Shown here piece by piece: positions 31,767-39,990 of a DNA stretch of 64,000 bases. Position 1 is the stretch's first letter; the number at the start of each line of letters is the position of its first letter. The notes under the pieces are model-generated. The model ran no database searches. It had not been told where the DNA came from and saw only the letters and a list, made by a program, of their open reading frames with translations. Location of the stretch: contig CBDDFZ010000002.1 in assembly GCA_965227515.1 (NCBI GenBank), positions 960,001 through 1,024,000 on the forward strand. The letters are read 5' to 3'. A program made the translations under genes and the position numbers. The stretch is from Alphaproteobacteria bacterium. GTDB lineage: Bacteria > Pseudomonadota > Alphaproteobacteria > CALKHQ01.

Positions 31767-31805
31767 TGAGAATGATTGTCAATGAGAATGCGAGTCATTC
31801 GCATT
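31767..31805. promoter_or_regulatory. Fur/Mur-type iron box(es) upstream of the RTX-type gene
   Basis: 19-bp palindrome AATGCGAGTCATTCGCATT (31787-31805) overlapped by GAGAATGATTGTCAATGAG hexamer repeats; AT-rich island in GC-rich DNA. Confidence 0.7.
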
Positions 31806-32031
31806 CTTTCGATCTGACGGAGTTTTGTCCTTGCGGACCGGGCAACTGCCGGCGCGGCGGCGCGCAACACTGCATTGTGCTCGCAGCACTCACACGGATT
31901 TGACGGCACGCGCACATTCTGTTGACGACACGTGACGGAACGCCTTGAGGAACAGTTGGTAGACTAGGTATGCAAGGCATTCAGGCGCCGGATCGAGCGC
32001 CGTTCACAAATCACGTGTTGGGGAGCGTTTG

Positions 32032-32826
32032 ATGTCGAAGAAGAGACAGATGCGGGCCGGGGCCGTGCTGCCGATCGTGGCGGGCGCGGGCGTTGCGATG
32101 ACCGGCTATTTCGTCGGCACGGTGCATACGGTCGCGGAACCGGCAGGGGCAAACCCCGAAGCGGCGCCGGCGATTCAACTGGCCCAGGCAACGCCATGTG
32201 GCGTCGTCGGCGATGGCGTGGACTGCTACGTGCCGCGCCTGCGCGAGGCGGCCGAGGCGAACCCCGAGGCACACGTCGGCGGCGGGCCGTGCAGCCCGTG
32301 CAACCCATGCGCTGGCGGCGCGGTGATCGAACTGACGCCGGAGGAAGCGGCCGACGCCTATGATTGCGCGCGCGATTATATCCGCGAGGCCTACATGGTG
32401 TCCGGCGATCCGGTGGCCGCCGCCTACACCGACTACGACCTCTACAACACGGCGCCCTACTTGTCCGCGCTGCACGGATCGCGCTACGTCAACAACTACG
32501 GCAACGACGTGGCGGCATCCTACGGCGAATGGGAAGACGGCGGCCCGATGGTGGTCGGCGGCATCCTGGCCAAGGACAGCTTCATCGTCGGCGGCGACGG
32601 CACGGTCGGCCGTGGCCCGTTGTTCCTGATGGAGAAGATGGAGGCCGGATTCAATCCGGACAGCGACGACTGGAAATACACCATGATCCTGCCCGACGGG
32701 AACGTGTTCGGCGAGACCAACGGCACCAGTTCGGACGCGGTCGGCTTCTGCATCAACTGTCATGTGGTGGCACCGGTCGACCATATGTTCTTCCTGCCGC
32801 AGGATTTCCGGGTCTCCACCAACTGA
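32032..32826 (+). CDS. Cytochrome P460-family protein with a Cys-rich N-terminal arm
   Basis: N-terminal hydrophobic export segment; HGSRYVNNYGN, GGILAKDSF, LFLMEKM..G..DWKY, C-terminal CINCH..DHMF; PCSPCNPC; GGGAG RBS. Confidence 0.8.
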   Translation: MSKKRQMRAGAVLPIVAGAGVAMTGYFVGTVHTVAEPAGANPEAAPAIQLAQATPCGVVGDGVDCYVPRLREAAEANPEAHVGGGPCSPCNPCAGGAVIELTPEEAADAYDCARDYIREAYMVSGDPVAAAYTDYDLYNTAPYLSALHGSRYVNNYGNDVAASYGEWEDGGPMVVGGILAKDSFIVGGDGTVGRGPLFLMEKMEAGFNPDSDDWKYTMILPDGNVFGETNGTSSDAVGFCINCHVVAPVDHMFFLPQDFRVSTN

Positions 32827-32836
32827 GTTCTCGGCG

Positions 32837-33697
32837 ATGTTGGAACCGGGGCCGGCGGCCCATCGGCGGCAGCCCGCGCCGGCGGAGCGGGTAGTGGCGC
32901 CTGAGGCCCCCCAGTCTTCGCAGGCCGCCCAGTCTGCCCAGGTGCCCGCCGCAGCCGCCACGCTGTCGCCTGCCGACCTCGATCTCGCGGCTCTGGGTGG
33001 CGACCGGTTGCGCGCCATGGCCGCCGCTGGCGACGAGGCTGTGCAATGGCAAGACGTGCTGGCGCGCACTGGCGACAACATCGTGGGCGAGGTGCTGCGC
33101 GGGCAGGGCACCTTCACCGAGTGGCAGCACTATCCCAAGGGCGACGTCTACGACAACGTCAGCCACGGGCAGTATTTCTATCATGCCCACGCCAAGGCCG
33201 AGCGCGCGCCCGGCGAACACGGCCACTTTCACGTCTTCCTGCGCGGCAAGGGGCTGCGCAAGGGCGCCAAGCCGCAGAGGGTTCCGGGCGAGAAACCACC
33301 GGCGAAAGATGTGGCGGCAAATCCCCCATGCCACCTGGTCGGCCTGTCGATGGACGCCAACGGCCACCTGATACGCCTGTTCACCGCCAACCGATGGGTC
33401 ACCGGCGAGACCTGGTATCCGGGTCGCGACGTGATCGCTGGCCTTGGCAGGTTCTCGATCGATCACGCACGGCCGTCATGGCCGGCCAATCGCTGGGTCA
33501 CGGCAGTGGTGGCCCTGTTCCAGCCCCACATCGCCGCACTCGTGCGCGCCCGCGACGATGCCGTGGCGGCATGGCGGAAGGCCAATCCAACCACGAACGT
33601 TTTCGAGGACAGGCAACTCGGCATCACCGCCGAGCTGTGGTCCAGTGTCGACGAGCAACGCGGCCGTGTCTCTGCCGCCCTTGGAGAGCACGGCTGA
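32837..33697 (+). CDS. His-rich hypothetical protein (DUF6969-like, from recall)
   Basis: HYPKGDVYD, YFYHAH, EHGHFHVFLR, HLVGLSMD, LFTANRWVTGETW; 10 nt after the P460 stop; start uncertain. Confidence 0.7.
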   Translation: MLEPGPAAHRRQPAPAERVVAPEAPQSSQAAQSAQVPAAAATLSPADLDLAALGGDRLRAMAAAGDEAVQWQDVLARTGDNIVGEVLRGQGTFTEWQHYPKGDVYDNVSHGQYFYHAHAKAERAPGEHGHFHVFLRGKGLRKGAKPQRVPGEKPPAKDVAANPPCHLVGLSMDANGHLIRLFTANRWVTGETWYPGRDVIAGLGRFSIDHARPSWPANRWVTAVVALFQPHIAALVRARDDAVAAWRKANPTTNVFEDRQLGITAELWSSVDEQRGRVSAALGEHG

Positions 33698-34569
33698 TGC
33701 GGCTCAGTGCCACCATCGGTCTGGCGTTGACCGCGCTTGGCCATGCGGCGCTCGCCGATGACACCAACCTCGCGCAATTGGACGTGTCGGCGCTTGCCAT
33801 CGAAGGGCAGCCGACCGGGCACGTGTTTCGCGACACGCAGGCCGATGGCAGCCCTTGCCCGGACTGTCCGGACCTGGTCGTCGTTCCAGCCGGCAGCTTC
33901 GTGATCGGCTCGGCAAGCGAAGAGGCCGGCCGTCGCGGCAACGAGGGACCGCAAGTCGCCGTAACGATCACGCGGCCATTCGCGTTGGGCGTCCACGAAG
34001 TGACCTTCGCGCAATGGGATGCCTGTGTGGCTGCCGGTGGCTGCACACACAGTGCGGCCGACGAAACATGGGGACGCGGCGACCGTCCGGTGATCAACGT
34101 GTCGTGGCACGACGCGCAGGACTACGCCGCCTGGCTATCGGCGCTGACCGGTCACATCTATCGCCTGCCCAGCGAGGCGGAGTGGGAGTATGCCGCGCGC
34201 GGAGGGACCACAACGGCCTATTATTGGGGTGACGACCTGGGCGGCGGGCACACGGTTTGCGAGAGTTGCGGCAGTGAGTGGGACAACCGCAGCACGGCGC
34301 CGGTGGGCAGCTTCGCGCCCAACCCGTTCGGCCTGCACGACATGCTGGGCAATGCGTGGGAATGGACGGCCGATTGCTGGAACGACACCTATGAGGGCTT
34401 GCCCGGCGACGGCACGCCGAGACTGACCGGCGATTGCGACGGCCGCGTGCTGCGTGGGGGCTCGTGGTTCAATTTTCCGCACAATATCCGCGTTGCCATC
34501 CGTTTTCGCGGAGTCGTCGGCAACCGGTATCTCAGCAAGGGCTTGCGGGTCTTGCGCGAGATTGATTAG
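33697..34569 (+). CDS. Formylglycine-generating-enzyme-fold (SUMF1/NirV/PvdO family) exported protein
   Basis: TGATG overlap with the previous gene; signal peptide; RPVINVSWHDA, RLPSEAEWEYAARGG, NPFGLHDMLGNAWEW, RVLRGGSW. Confidence 0.9.
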   Translation: MRLSATIGLALTALGHAALADDTNLAQLDVSALAIEGQPTGHVFRDTQADGSPCPDCPDLVVVPAGSFVIGSASEEAGRRGNEGPQVAVTITRPFALGVHEVTFAQWDACVAAGGCTHSAADETWGRGDRPVINVSWHDAQDYAAWLSALTGHIYRLPSEAEWEYAARGGTTTAYYWGDDLGGGHTVCESCGSEWDNRSTAPVGSFAPNPFGLHDMLGNAWEWTADCWNDTYEGLPGDGTPRLTGDCDGRVLRGGSWFNFPHNIRVAIRFRGVVGNRYLSKGLRVLREID

Positions 34570-34686
34570 GGGTTGGCCGCGGCCAGTCTGGCCGCGTTGG
34601 CGGTCGGCCTCACCAGCTTGTGAACCTGTCCATCGTGCATCTGCGAAGGCGGCTGGCGGGCGCAAGTAGGCTGTACGATGGTGTGG

Positions 34687-34730
34687 ATACACAACTGTGT
34701 ATTGACATTGGTCGGAATCAGGGCCTAATG
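34687..34730 (+). promoter_or_regulatory. Palindromic operator abutting a TTGACA -35 element upstream of the 34824 gene
   Basis: ATACACA-AC-TGTGTAT (34687-34702) immediately followed by TTGACA (34702-34707); -10 element weak. Confidence 0.45.
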
Positions 34731-34823
34731 GACCACTGAATGGCGGGGTTTGCGTTTTTGGCGCAGTGTGCCGAGCGGAAGCGTCGCAGCGTTCATGTAG
34801 ATTTGTGTGTTCAGGAGGGCCAG

Positions 34824-35123
34824 ATGATCAAGCAATTGGCTGCTATCGGCGGATGTGCGGCCTTGGCAGTGGCATTCTCTTTGCCGTCAAGCCAGGCATT
34901 TGCGCAAGCTTGCCCGCCAGGCCAAGCACCCAATGCCGACGGCATTTGCGTGCCGCTTGAGCCGGCAGCCGGCCCTGAGGATTTGGAGCCTGCGGCGGGC
35001 GGTGGCCCGGCCGCGACCGGTCCCTCACCCAATGAAGGCGGTTTCTTCCAGGAGGGTGAGCAGAACGAAGGTAGCGGCAACGGTTCGGTCCTGCCGGGCG
35101 GGACCGGGGGTGCCAGCACCTGA
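34824..35123 (+). CDS. Small exported Gly/Pro-rich protein with LEPAAG repeats
   Basis: AGGAGG RBS; signal peptide ending AFA; one Cys pair; followed by a terminator. Confidence 0.7.
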   Translation: MIKQLAAIGGCAALAVAFSLPSSQAFAQACPPGQAPNADGICVPLEPAAGPEDLEPAAGGGPAATGPSPNEGGFFQEGEQNEGSGNGSVLPGGTGGAST

Positions 35124-35200
35124 TAGCTGGCCGTCGCGCCTGAGGGCGCGTCCATTGTCAGGCCCGCGACCCAGAAAGGCGTCGCGGTCGCCTGCGAGCG

Positions 35201-35234
35201 AAGAGCCCGTTGCGGTCGAGCAGCGGGCTTTTTT
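35201..35234 (+). terminator. Intrinsic terminator
   Basis: AGCCCGTTGC-loop-GCAGCGGGCT then TTTTT. Confidence 0.75.
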
Positions 35235-35285
35235 GTGTTTTGCCGCCGGGGCCAATTGTCGAATGCGTAGCGCCGGTGCTGCGCC

Positions 35286-35894
35286 TCAAGTGCCGGGCCG
35301 CGCGTCACTGCCGGGCTCGGGCATCGGCTGGCAGGAGAGCCCAGGCGCGGCTTCGGCATTCGCGTCGTTCGAGGTCGCCGGATCGTTCCCGACCAGGAAC
35401 CGGCACAGGCGCTCCCTGAGGTCGCTCAGATTGCCGGCGTTCGGGGCCGTCGCGTAGCTATTGGCCAGCGCGGCGACAACATCGTCGGCGGGCCGTTCCA
35501 GATATAGAGCGACGATGGCGCGGTTCAGCCACGTGCGGTAGTTCGTTGGCTGGCGCGCCAGCGATGCGTCCAGCGCGGTCAATGCCTGCGCCGCCGCGTC
35601 GGCCGTGGCATCGGCGTCGTCGCCGGCTGCCAGCAGCATGGCGTAAACGCCATAGAGTCCATCGGCGCGGAATTGCAGATAGCGCCCGGACGGATCGGTC
35701 GCCTGGGCCGCATCCGCGCTTTCCACCATCAACTGCCAGCTTGTCAGGCTCAGGTCGCCAGGCGCCTCGGCGTAGGTGAACCACACCGCGGACGCCTCGA
35801 TCGATTGCAGGCCACCCATCGCCTGGCGTACGCCGAAAAAGGCGCCTGCCACAGCCGCGGCGCAACAGACCAACGAGACCAGGCGGCCGATCAC
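35286..35894 (-). CDS. Membrane-anchored helical-repeat (TPR-like) hypothetical protein downstream of wzc
   Basis: GTG start with GAGGT RBS; N-terminal hydrophobic helix; SLARQPTNYRTWLNRA..SYATAP. Confidence 0.6.
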   Translation of the reverse strand: MIGRLVSLVCCAAAVAGAFFGVRQAMGGLQSIEASAVWFTYAEAPGDLSLTSWQLMVESADAAQATDPSGRYLQFRADGLYGVYAMLLAAGDDADATADAAAQALTALDASLARQPTNYRTWLNRAIVALYLERPADDVVAALANSYATAPNAGNLSDLRERLCRFLVGNDPATSNDANAEAAPGLSCQPMPEPGSDARPGT

Positions 35895-35936
35895 CCGTAC
35901 CTCGCCCGGTCGCTATGCGCCCGATGCCGGCGGGCG

Positions 35937-38120
35937 TCAGGCGCCGGCCGGGGCCTTCGCGCCATAGTAATACTTGTAGCGGTAGGCGTTGCCGCGCGCG
36001 CGGTCCATGGTCAGCACGGCGCCCAGCAGGTTGGCATCGAACAGGCGCAGGTCACGCAGGGCCTGTTCGACATCGTCCCTGCGCGTGGCATTCGCCTTCA
36101 CCAGGAACACGACGCCATCGACGAAAGGCATCAACGCCTTGCAGTCCGACACCGACAGGACCGGTGTGCTGTCGATGATGATCAGGTCGGCAGCGGTCTG
36201 CATCTGCCGGATAACGCGGTCGAAGACCTCCGGGCGCACGCCCGTATTGGAGCTGTTGGCGAACGGTCGCGTCGGCACGAAGATCAGGTTCTCCGTCGGC
36301 GACTCTCCGGACACGTGGCCGCCACCGGTGGCCAGGTCGTCATCGCCCGGCGCAAGGCTGCGCGTCAGCGTCTGCTTGCGCACGTCGGTGTCGATCAGCA
36401 CGGCGCGCAGTCCCGTCATCGCCGCCACGGACGCGATCATGGCGGCCGAGGTCGACTTGCCCTCGTTGGGCACCGACGATGTCAGAAGCACCGTCACCGC
36501 GCGCCCGGGCTCTCGCTTCTCCTTCATCAGGTTCAGCACCAGGGAGCGCGCGGCATCGGCCCATGGCGTGATCGGGTTTTGCCGCAGTTCCTGGACGATC
36601 TTCTCCAGATTGGTCTTGCGCACGAAGGGGAAGGTCGCCAGCGCTTTGAGCTGGCTCACGGCCTCCAGTTCGCGCACGCTGCGAATGCGCCGGTCCAGGG
36701 ACTCAAGCAGAATCACGGCGCCCAGGCCGATGATGCCGCCGATCAGGATGGCGACGGCGAACAGCAACGGGCGGTTGGGCTGTGACGGCTCGGTCGGCAC
36801 CGTGGCGCGCGACACGATGCGGGCGTCGGGCCGTTCGAAGTCGATCTGCTCGGTTTGGCGCAGCCGGTTCAGGAACAGCTCCAACACGGTTCGCGTCGCC
36901 TCGGCCTCCCGCTCCAGGGCGCGCAGGTCGACCATCTCCAGGTCCAACTGGGCCGCTTGGGTCTGCATCTCCGCCAGCCGCAAATTGACGAAGTCCAGCT
37001 TCTGGCGTGCGACTTCGACCCGGTTGGTCAGATAGGCACGCATCGCCGTCGTGAACTGCTCGGTAAATTCCTGCGACCGGGTCAACGCGGCGGAGGCATC
37101 GGGCGTCTCGCCGACCGGGCTAGTCTGCATGATGAAACGCCACTGGGCGATCACGGTCGCGGCCACCGCCGGCTCCATCGTCGACAGCACGTCGAAGAAG
37201 GAGGCCTCGTCGACGCCGTCCTCGATGGTCGCCAGCAGGGTTCGGGCATTGGACAGCTCGATCTCGGCGTCCACCGCCTCGATGCCCAACTGATGGATCA
37301 GGTCCTGCGCCAGCTCCGGCGAGACGCGGTCGACCAGCTCGGTATTGGCGCGATAGTCCTCCACCGCGCGCTCGGCTTCCAGCACGTCGACCCGCAACTG
37401 GGCCAGCCGCGACTGGAGCCAGTCGTTGGCCTGCTGGGTGGCATCCAGCTTCGCTTCCACCTGGCGCCGGATGTAGGTGTTGGCCAACGAGTTCGCGATT
37501 TGCGTGGCCAGGCGCGGGTCCAGCGAGGTCACGCCTACCTCGATCACCGTCGACAGCCCGAGTTGCCGCACGGTCAGGCGGTCGCGCAACGCATCTATCA
37601 CCGCGTTGAGCTGCATCGCGGCCACCTGCTCGGGATCTTCCGTCTCACCGGGCGTGCCGCCGGCCGATGCGTCGACCCAGCTGCTCTCGATGCCGAACCA
37701 GGAGGCAACGGTGTCGACGATGCCGCCACCCGCATTCAGGTGGCGGTTGAATTCCTCGACCTCGGTCAGGTTGAGGTCGACGGCGACCGTGCGCAGCAGC
37801 TCATCGGACGTCAGCAGCCGGATCTGCGTGTCCATGGTGGCGTTGTCGCCGCTGAGCCCGCTGACCACAGAATCGATGTCCACCACCCGTTGCTCGCGGG
37901 TCTCGATCATCAGGGTGGTTGCCGCGGTGAATTTCGCGGGCAGGCTGAGGATGATCAGCGCGCCGGCCAGCACGATGACGGCAACCACGGCGAGCAACAG
38001 CCAGATGCGCCGGCGCAGAACGGCCAGGATGTCGCGAAGCTGCAGGTCGCCCGCGCCGTTGGCCTTGGAGGATGGCGTGTCGGAGGACGCAACGCTCATG
38101 CGGCTCGCCAGTTGGTTCAT
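35937..38120 (-). CDS. wzc: Polysaccharide co-polymerase / BY-kinase (Wzc/GumC family)
   Basis: Two TM helices flanking a coiled coil; P..PSQPNR; Walker A SSVPNEGKST; IIIDSTP; C-terminal Tyr cluster AYRYKYYYG. Confidence 0.88.
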   Translation of the reverse strand: MNQLASRMSVASSDTPSSKANGAGDLQLRDILAVLRRRIWLLLAVVAVIVLAGALIILSLPAKFTAATTLMIETREQRVVDIDSVVSGLSGDNATMDTQIRLLTSDELLRTVAVDLNLTEVEEFNRHLNAGGGIVDTVASWFGIESSWVDASAGGTPGETEDPEQVAAMQLNAVIDALRDRLTVRQLGLSTVIEVGVTSLDPRLATQIANSLANTYIRRQVEAKLDATQQANDWLQSRLAQLRVDVLEAERAVEDYRANTELVDRVSPELAQDLIHQLGIEAVDAEIELSNARTLLATIEDGVDEASFFDVLSTMEPAVAATVIAQWRFIMQTSPVGETPDASAALTRSQEFTEQFTTAMRAYLTNRVEVARQKLDFVNLRLAEMQTQAAQLDLEMVDLRALEREAEATRTVLELFLNRLRQTEQIDFERPDARIVSRATVPTEPSQPNRPLLFAVAILIGGIIGLGAVILLESLDRRIRSVRELEAVSQLKALATFPFVRKTNLEKIVQELRQNPITPWADAARSLVLNLMKEKREPGRAVTVLLTSSVPNEGKSTSAAMIASVAAMTGLRAVLIDTDVRKQTLTRSLAPGDDDLATGGGHVSGESPTENLIFVPTRPFANSSNTGVRPEVFDRVIRQMQTAADLIIIDSTPVLSVSDCKALMPFVDGVVFLVKANATRRDDVEQALRDLRLFDANLLGAVLTMDRARGNAYRYKYYYGAKAPAGA

Positions 38121-38324
38121 GCGTCTGCCTGCTCCGTGCAAGTCCCGCGGGTAGGAAGCGATCCCGTCACATCCGCCGTGCGCGGGCGATATCGGGTGCT
38201 TCTGCGCCGGGCGGCCCAGGTGCAAGGCCGGATTTGAAGCCCATGCGCCTCACATAACCTTGTGTGCCATGCCCCATGCACATGTATGGAGCGAGTCGGT
38301 GCCACAGACACTCGTCAGTTGCAA

Positions 38325-38338
38325 TAAACAATTGTTTA
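38325..38338. promoter_or_regulatory. Perfect AT-rich palindrome upstream of wzc
   Basis: TAAACAATTGTTTA, 14-bp perfect palindrome in the purH-wzc spacer. Confidence 0.45.
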
Positions 38339-38418
38339 GGAAGGCTGTTCCGGCGCCCCGTGACGTCACGTTTGCGCGACCGGCCCGCGGTTGGCTCTCG
38401 GCGGTGACTTCGGCGCCA

Positions 38419-39990
38419 TCAGTGCCGAAAGTGGCGGGTACCGGTGAACACCATGGCCATGCCACGCTGGTTGGCGGTCTCGATCACCGCGTCGTCGCGC
38501 TTGGCGCCGCCGGGCTGGATGGCGGCGGTGATGCCGGCCTCGGCGCAGATTTCCAGCCCGTCCGGGAACGGAAAGAACGCGTCGGAGGCCACAACCGCGC
38601 CTTGCAGACGGGCGTCGCCGGCTTCGGCGTCCGGCGCGGTGGAACGGGCGCGCTCCACGGCGATGCGCGCGGCGTCGACACGGCTGGTCTGGCCGCCGCC
38701 GATGCCGACGGTGGCCCCGTCGCGGGTCAGCACGATGGCATTCGACTTGACGTGCTTGGCCACGGTCTGCGCGAACAGCATGTCGGCGACCTCGCGCGCA
38801 TCGGGCTTTCGGTCGGTAACGGTATGCAGGTCGTCGGCGGTGGGCAGCGCGCTGTCTGTCGACTGCACCAGCAGCCCGTCGGACAGGGTGCGCACCGCCA
38901 TCGTCGGCGCGGAGGCGACGTCGCCGGTCAGCAGCACCCGCAGCGCCTTTTTCGCGGACAGGATCTCGCGCGCCTCAGGCGTCGCATCGGGTGCCACCAC
39001 GACCTCCAGGAACAGGTCGATCAGGGCGGTGGCGCTCGCGGCGTCGACCGGCCGGTTCAGCCCGACGATCCCGCCATAGGCGCTGATCGGGTCGGCGGCG
39101 ATGGCGGCCGCGGTCGCAGCCGCCAGATTGTCTGCAACCGCGACGCCGCACGGATTGGCGTGCTTGATGACGACGGCGGCCGGCTGGGGGAATTCGCGCA
39201 CCAGCGACAGGGCGGCATCGGCATCCAGCAGGTTGTTGTAGCTGATCGGCTTGCCCTGCACCTGCTCGGCATGGGCGACGCCGCCGGTGGCCGCGGTGGT
39301 GTAGAGCGCGGCCGACTGATGCGGGTTCTCGCCATAGCGCAGCTCGGCGGCGTGGGTGCCGGCCAGCACGAACTGGCGCGGCAGCAGATTGCCGGTCTGG
39401 CCGGCCAGCCACTGCGCGATCATCGCGTCGTAATGGCCGGTGTGGGCGAACGCGGTCTGCGCCAGGCGGCGGCGCGTGTCGGCGGACAACCCGCCGCTGG
39501 CGCCAATTTCTTCCAGCACGGCGTCGTAGTCGGCCGGATCGGTGATCACGCCGACCCCGTCCATGTTCTTGGCGGCGGCGCGGATCATCGCCGGCCCGCC
39601 GATGTCGATGGACTCGATACAGGCCTCCACATCGGCGCCACGCGCCATGGTCTGGCTGAACGGGTAGAGATTGACCACCACAAGGTCGATGGCGCCGATG
39701 CCGTGCTCGGCGAGCGTGTCCATGTGATCGGTCCGGTCGCGCCGGGCCAGGATGCCGCCATGGATGCTGGGGTGGAGGGTCTTCACCCGCCCGTCGAGCA
39801 TTTCGGGCGATCCGGTCACCTCGGCGACGTCTCGTATGTCGAGGCCCGCCGCCTTCAGCGCCTTGCCGGTGCCGCCGGTGGCGATCAGGCTGACGCCCGC
39901 GGCCGCCAGACCCTGGGCGAACGGCACCAGTCCCGCCTTGTCGGAGACCGAGAGCAGGGCGGTGCGCACAGGCCGGTGTGCGTCACTCAT
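38419..39990 (-). CDS. purH: Bifunctional AICAR transformylase / IMP cyclohydrolase
   Basis: ALLSVSDK, GRVKTLHP, IDIGGP, LRYGENPHQ, KHANPCG, HVKSNAI, ASDAFFPF, FTGTRHFRH. Confidence 0.97.
   Translation of the reverse strand: MSDAHRPVRTALLSVSDKAGLVPFAQGLAAAGVSLIATGGTGKALKAAGLDIRDVAEVTGSPEMLDGRVKTLHPSIHGGILARRDRTDHMDTLAEHGIGAIDLVVVNLYPFSQTMARGADVEACIESIDIGGPAMIRAAAKNMDGVGVITDPADYDAVLEEIGASGGLSADTRRRLAQTAFAHTGHYDAMIAQWLAGQTGNLLPRQFVLAGTHAAELRYGENPHQSAALYTTAATGGVAHAEQVQGKPISYNNLLDADAALSLVREFPQPAAVVIKHANPCGVAVADNLAAATAAAIAADPISAYGGIVGLNRPVDAASATALIDLFLEVVVAPDATPEAREILSAKKALRVLLTGDVASAPTMAVRTLSDGLLVQSTDSALPTADDLHTVTDRKPDAREVADMLFAQTVAKHVKSNAIVLTRDGATVGIGGGQTSRVDAARIAVERARSTAPDAEAGDARLQGAVVASDAFFPFPDGLEICAEAGITAAIQPGGAKRDDAVIETANQRGMAMVFTGTRHFRH

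Noticed and set aside
33046-33696. N-terminal extension of the 507-aa ORF suggesting a fused FGE protein
   Set aside because: It overlaps the His-rich gene in another frame; the real start is ATG 33697, followed by a signal peptide
38292-38305. CGAGTCGGTGCCAC resembling the 3' hairpin of a Cas9 tracrRNA or a sigma54 promoter
   Set aside because: Short chance match with no cas genes or array; GG-to-GC spacing is 9 nt, not the required 10
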